From the NCBI RefSeq assembly GCF_009914755.1, contig NC_060938.1: 64,000 bases of DNA; one strand, written 5' to 3'. Each line of letters starts with the position of its first letter. Position 1 is the stretch's first letter. Shown here piece by piece: positions 59,236 through 64,000 of the stretch. A program made the position numbers and the translations under genes. The stretch is from the human T2T-CHM13v2.0 reference genome, Homo sapiens. Below the pieces are notes generated by a model that ran no database searches, was not told the DNA's origin, and saw only the letters and a list, made by a program, of their open reading frames with translations.

Positions 59236-60098
59236 CTGTAATGGGAAGGGAAAGAGAAACGTTCTTATTCTGAAAATAAATGGAGTTGTACCTTAGCTTT
59301 ATTGAGATAGGGGCCCAGCATTTAAAAAAATAAAATATTTGGAATTACACACATCTCAAAGCAGACAGCATCTTAGTATTCTCTGCAGCAAACTGGATGC
59401 GGGGAAAGAGTTAATGAATTCTTTATTACCCAACTGTGCTGGTCCTGTCCAATCAGAAACATGACTTTCATCAGTGAGATGGTTTTTGCTTTCAAGACAG
59501 GTCTTACTTTCAAGACAGCTGTGTATATGGACAGAATGACTTTTGTAATTGAATTTAAAAGACCACAAACTCAGTCTTTACATTAGGAAATACGATGCAG
59601 TTTATATCAAAATAATAAAATATTACTTGTTTACTTGAGAAAAAGAGGGGCGAAGAAACAGAAAGTAAGATTTAAAAGAATCAGAAAAATGCACATACTT
59701 TAAATTTTTAAAAGTGTTTTTACAGAACTCTATAATTCTCCCAGAAGAATATAATTAGGTGGCAATTTAATGGGATTTACAGCCAGAAGACAATTATTCT
59801 TCTGCCTATATATTAGAAGGACATATACAATACTACATTATACAAACTGCCAAGTAGAAAGTTCACCTTGGCATTCTAAGGCAAACAGGCAGCATATTGT
59901 CACTTGATGGTGTAAGCACATGTTTACAACATCTTACTATTGTGTTGTCTTGGAAAGTTTGTCATATATATTCGCAGTTTCTTAGACACAAGCTCCACTT
60001 AGGAGGGCTTACTGGTTCTCATCTAAATGGAAGGACAATACGGTTCTAACAATACGTGAGCCTCATACATTTATTAAAATAAGAATGTGTTATGTTAC

Positions 60099-60280
60099 CC
60101 TTCTTCCTGATAGACTGTTGCCATTGTTTTAAAACAGGTTCTGTACTTGATCTCTCCAGGAACTGGTTGAGGCCCTTGAATCCTACTTTTGGCAACATCA
60201 AAAGGGATGTTAATGACTGAGGCTATTGTCCCCGAGAGAAGACCAATCCCAAATTTTCTCCAAAACTCCAAGATTGGATC
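60099..60280 (-). CDS. SLC25A21: SLC25A21 coding exon with the third carrier signature
   Basis: TTTTAG|GAT...GAAGG|GTAACA; DPILEFWRKFGIGLLSGTIASVINIPFDVAKSRIQGP...YQEEG contains PX[DE]XX[KR]; 182 bp. The remainder of the gene lies beyond the window. Confidence 0.96.
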
Positions 60281-62310
60281 CTAAAAGAAAAGAAGAATAA
60301 TATAACAGAAAGGGGAGCGGAAGCCCCTAAATCAGTTAAACACTATAAAGCAATATGTATTTAAGCAGAGCATTGCACTCCCGGCACCCTCCTGTTATTC
60401 CAGCGGAACACATTAGGATTTCCTAGGCTGGAACTTGTTTTCTTGACAATCCCATTGGCTATGTTTTTACACATGGTCTAAATTGCTGAAGTACACATTT
60501 CCTCACACAGGATTTATAAACACAGTTCATAAAGAAAGACTGGTATGGCATATGGGGATGATTTGTATAATTGGGCTTCACAATGTACTTAGTATTACTG
60601 TATCAAAACAGGAGAAATCCAAGCACACTATTAGCTAATTGGCCAGAATATTTTACAAATGACAGCAACTTCCACCATGAAGCCTACTAAAATGCTCATT
60701 TGTGTGTGGACCCCCAAATGTTAAATTAAATCAAGGCTACTCGCGGTCTGCTGCTATTGCCCGCCAGGTTTTTTGCATTTATTTTCACGTGTAGCTGATC
60801 CACTGTACTGAGAAGTGCTAGCTTCCTGTTATTAACAAACCAACTTGGGGCGGCTGCAAAACAGCCTGTGACATTCTGTGCATTATAAACAGTAGTAAGT
60901 CACTGGAGTAATTGGCTGAAGAATTTACAATCCATTGTTTTGGAATCTTGTTCTTCCTCCATGGCAAAGGAAGAAAAGGAGAAAGAGAGAGCGAGAGTGA
61001 GTAAAAGAGAAATATTTCTTCTTTCTGTTAGAATTTAGGCCCTTCACGTTGGTCTGATTTGATTTTCCACCCCTCCCTGCACTGCTTTCTGACATCAAAG
61101 TATTTAATTAGGTCTTATGTGGGAGTCACTTTCCTTTGGCCTATTTTTGTGCCCTGTGAGCTCACATTATGATTTGTTATAATGAATTTGCTGGGAAGTT
61201 CTCATTATGTTGCCAACCTCAGTTCTATGTTTTCAGTCTTCTGTTCTCTGAAGAGAGGTCATATCACATACTATAAGCTGCTGACTCCGACCCCCCACCC
61301 TATCTTTTCCCTGCCCTCTCTTTTGATCAATATTTTAGAGGGATCATCACAGAGGAACAATATAGGGCTGTGCCACAACACTATTTTATCCAGAGGGGAA
61401 GCATACCATGCTTCAGTTAAACAAGAAAATTCAGGTCTAAGCATTACATGCTTCCAGCCTCTATGAAAGAAGAAAACTTCTGAGGGCTCTGAAATTTTCA
61501 ACTGAACCAAGAGCCAGTTACCATCACAGAAACTCCTATGTGGCTAAATATAAAAAGCAAGGGTTTGGTAATAATTCCTGGATCTGGGCCATACAGGTGC
61601 CGGGGAGGTTTAAAGGGATTTGAAAACCAACAGGGTGTTTCAACAGGAAAAACAATGCAGTGATTGCAGTATGAGTGAGGTGTGTTTAAATAATTCCCTC
61701 TCCCCCCATTTTTTCTCTTTTACAAGGAGAGAAAAATGCCTTTATGTTACTCCTCTCCATTATGGCACAGAAGCAGAACTGGAGCTCAGGAGGACAGTGA
61801 ATTCTAGACCAGCTCTGGTTGTCTGACCTCTGATGAGTCACTGAATCACCCAGAGCCCAGTGTATCCAAGGGAAGTTTTTAACTCCTATCTTACCTCTAA
61901 ATTGTATCATTTTTCTGAGAAATAAAAACAATAATATAAGTAAAAGTGTTATAAGTGTTGCACAAACCTGGCAGAAAATGAATAGTATTATTATGTAGCC
62001 TGTTTTCTAAAGATGCAAACATTCTGTGAAAAGATGCTTTCTTGAAATCCCCGTGACATTGCCAAGCTCTCTTTCTTTTTCAATTAAGGACAAGAATGGA
62101 AATGATGATTTGTATACACGTTGTCCTTCTGGGAAGTTTGGGAGACTGGCTGATGTGTTTGCTGAGGACCAGAGTTGGGGATGGAAGGTGAACAAAGAGA
62201 CTCAATGATGGTCATTGTGCTTGAGACATGGCATTGGAAACCAAAAGGTTAGGTCTCCAGGCCATCGTATCATAGTGTTCACTAGCAGGAGTAAGTGTCC
62301 ACCTTTGTTT

Positions 62311-62607
62311 GTATTTATTTATTTGAGATGGAGTCTCACTCTGTTGCCCAGGCTGGAATGCAGTGGCAGGATCTTGGCTCACAGCAACCTCCACCTCCTC
62401 GGTTCAGTGGATTTTCCTGCCTCAGCCTCCTGAGTAGCTGGGATTACAGGCATGTGCCACCATACCCAGCTAAATTTTTGTATTTTCAGTAGAGATGGGG
62501 TTTCACCACATTGGCCAGGCTGCTCTCGAACTCCTGACCTCAGGTGATTTGCCTGCCTTGGCCTCCCAAAGTGTTGGGATTACAGCCATGAGCCACCGTG
62601 CCCGGCC
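62311..62607 (-). mobile_element. Alu (S-type)
   Basis: Antisense Alu dimer; TSD CACCTTTGTTT. Confidence 0.95.
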
Positions 62608-62651
62608 CACCTTTGTTTTCTATACATTTCCCAGCACAACAGTAAGATCCC

Positions 62652-62850
62652 ACAGTGGTTCTCCAATCCAGCTGTGCTTCAGAATCATCTGGCAATTTTA
62701 CAAAATACAGATGCCTGGGTCCCGCTGCAGACCCATCTCGGGGGTGAGAAGAAGGTGCCTGCAAGTTGTTTAAAAAGCTCTCCAGGGCTCCTGAGGCTGC
62801 CAGATAAGGACCCAAGTCTAGGAATCAGTGATTTTGATGTTCCACACTGG
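62652..62850. mobile_element. MER5-like DNA transposon remnant
   Basis: CAGTGGTTCTC...CAGAATCATCTGG...AATACAGATGCCTGGGTCCC. Confidence 0.55.
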
Positions 62851-63089
62851 CAAAGCAGATGGTCAGTTGCTACCCCTGTGGGCATTCTAGGGAGGAAAAG
62901 AATTTGCTTGGGATGGCCATGAGGCTATCACTGACCACCAGCTTCTGGGCCAGTAGGCAGTTTCTTCCTTGACCACACAGCCTGCTTGAATCCAGCATCC
63001 CAGGCTGGGCCTGTGTGTGCGAGGACAACTGTCTCAGCTCGCCTCTGCTTTCTTTGTCACATGCCGCTAGCCATCCTCGCATGAATGCA

Positions 63090-63805
63090 GCATCTCAGAT
63101 GCCTCTCCCGTTCATCCTCTCCTGGCCACTGCCACCTCTCTGGCTTTAGATCAAGTTCCTGTTACCTTTACCAAGTCTTGCTTCCTTCCTGCCTGCTAGG
63201 ATCTATTCTTTGCAGTAATATCAGGGTTCTCTTTTTAGAAAAACAGATCTGCTTTTGGTATCTCCCTACTCAAAGACCCTCCATACTTCCTGGATGCGCA
63301 GAGAATAAAGACAAACTGCCTCACTTGGCCATTGATTTCTTTCCCACACCCACTATATGCTTCCAACTTATCTTTCTAGCTTCCACTTCTACACCCTACC
63401 CCGAATCCATACTATGGTCACACTGGTTAATTCATAATTACTCAAATATACCAAGCACTTTCCCAACTCCACGCTTTTCTTCAAACAATTCCTGCAGCCT
63501 AGAATGTCTTTCTCCATCATATTCACCTATAGCAATCTCACTGCCCTTTAAGGTCCTGCTTAAATCCCACTAACCCAAGAAAGTTTTACAGATCCCCTCT
63601 CAAAATTGATTTATCCTCCCCTCTACTCCCGAGATACTGTCTGAACAACAGTCCTCACCTTTGCTATGGCCCACTTAGTGTTCAGTATATTTTTGCGTGT
63701 ATCTCTCTTCCCTGCAGGGCTCTGAGTCTGCACAGCATAGGAGCATGTGTTACTCCTCTTTGTGTCACCTGTTTTGCAGAGTACACTGTAGGTGCTAAAT
63801 AAACC
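63090..63805 (+). mobile_element. Diverged L2 fragment
   Basis: Pyrimidine-rich L2-like blocks (GCCTAGAATGTCTTTCTCC) ending in GTAGGTGCTAAATAAA. Confidence 0.55.
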
Positions 63806-64000
63806 AAGATGCTCGGAGCTGAAGAAAGCAAGTTGAGTGGGGCTGTCCCCTCTACCCAGACCCCTGTTACCCCTGTGGATGCCTTTGCAAGCCCCTGGGC
63901 AGTACCCAGGCAGCATCAGGACGGCTGCCTGCCGCCTTCGGTCCTACCGCCCCACCTCCAGCAGCCCAGAACCCTACATTTCCAGCCTTTCTCTTGGCCT

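Noticed and set aside
63085-63573. 162-aa + strand ORF
   Set aside because: Lies in a decayed L2-like repeat antisense within an SLC25A21 intron; Ser/Leu/Pro-rich with no domain

Overview
Human genomic DNA from the PAX9 / SLC25A21 locus (14q13.3, recognised from the proteins). The + strand carries the complete PAX9 gene: a probable non-coding upstream exon (~32888-33220) and four coding exons (37410-37413, 38217-38843, 41769-41908, 51538-51792). These join to 1026 nt, giving 341 aa with a paired domain and octapeptide and no homeodomain. The - strand carries the last three coding exons of SLC25A21, the mitochondrial oxodicarboxylate carrier (60099-60280, 59183-59235, 56012-56073), tail-to-tail with PAX9 and probably with overlapping 3' UTRs. 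The first ~21 kb is repeat-rich intergenic DNA (Alu, L1, THE1/MLT LTRs, MIR, L2). An Alu-free, CpG-island-rich domain follows (~20-43.7 kb). I see no new protein-coding system. The most promising signals are regulatory: an out-of-frame uORF overlapping the PAX9 start codon, an orphan housekeeping-type CpG promoter at 22-23.7 kb, a splice that could rebuild the SLC25A21 stop codon inside the PAX9 3' UTR, interleaved bidirectional poly(A) signals, and candidate enhancers. Variant names, exon numbers and annotation details come from memory and need checking.
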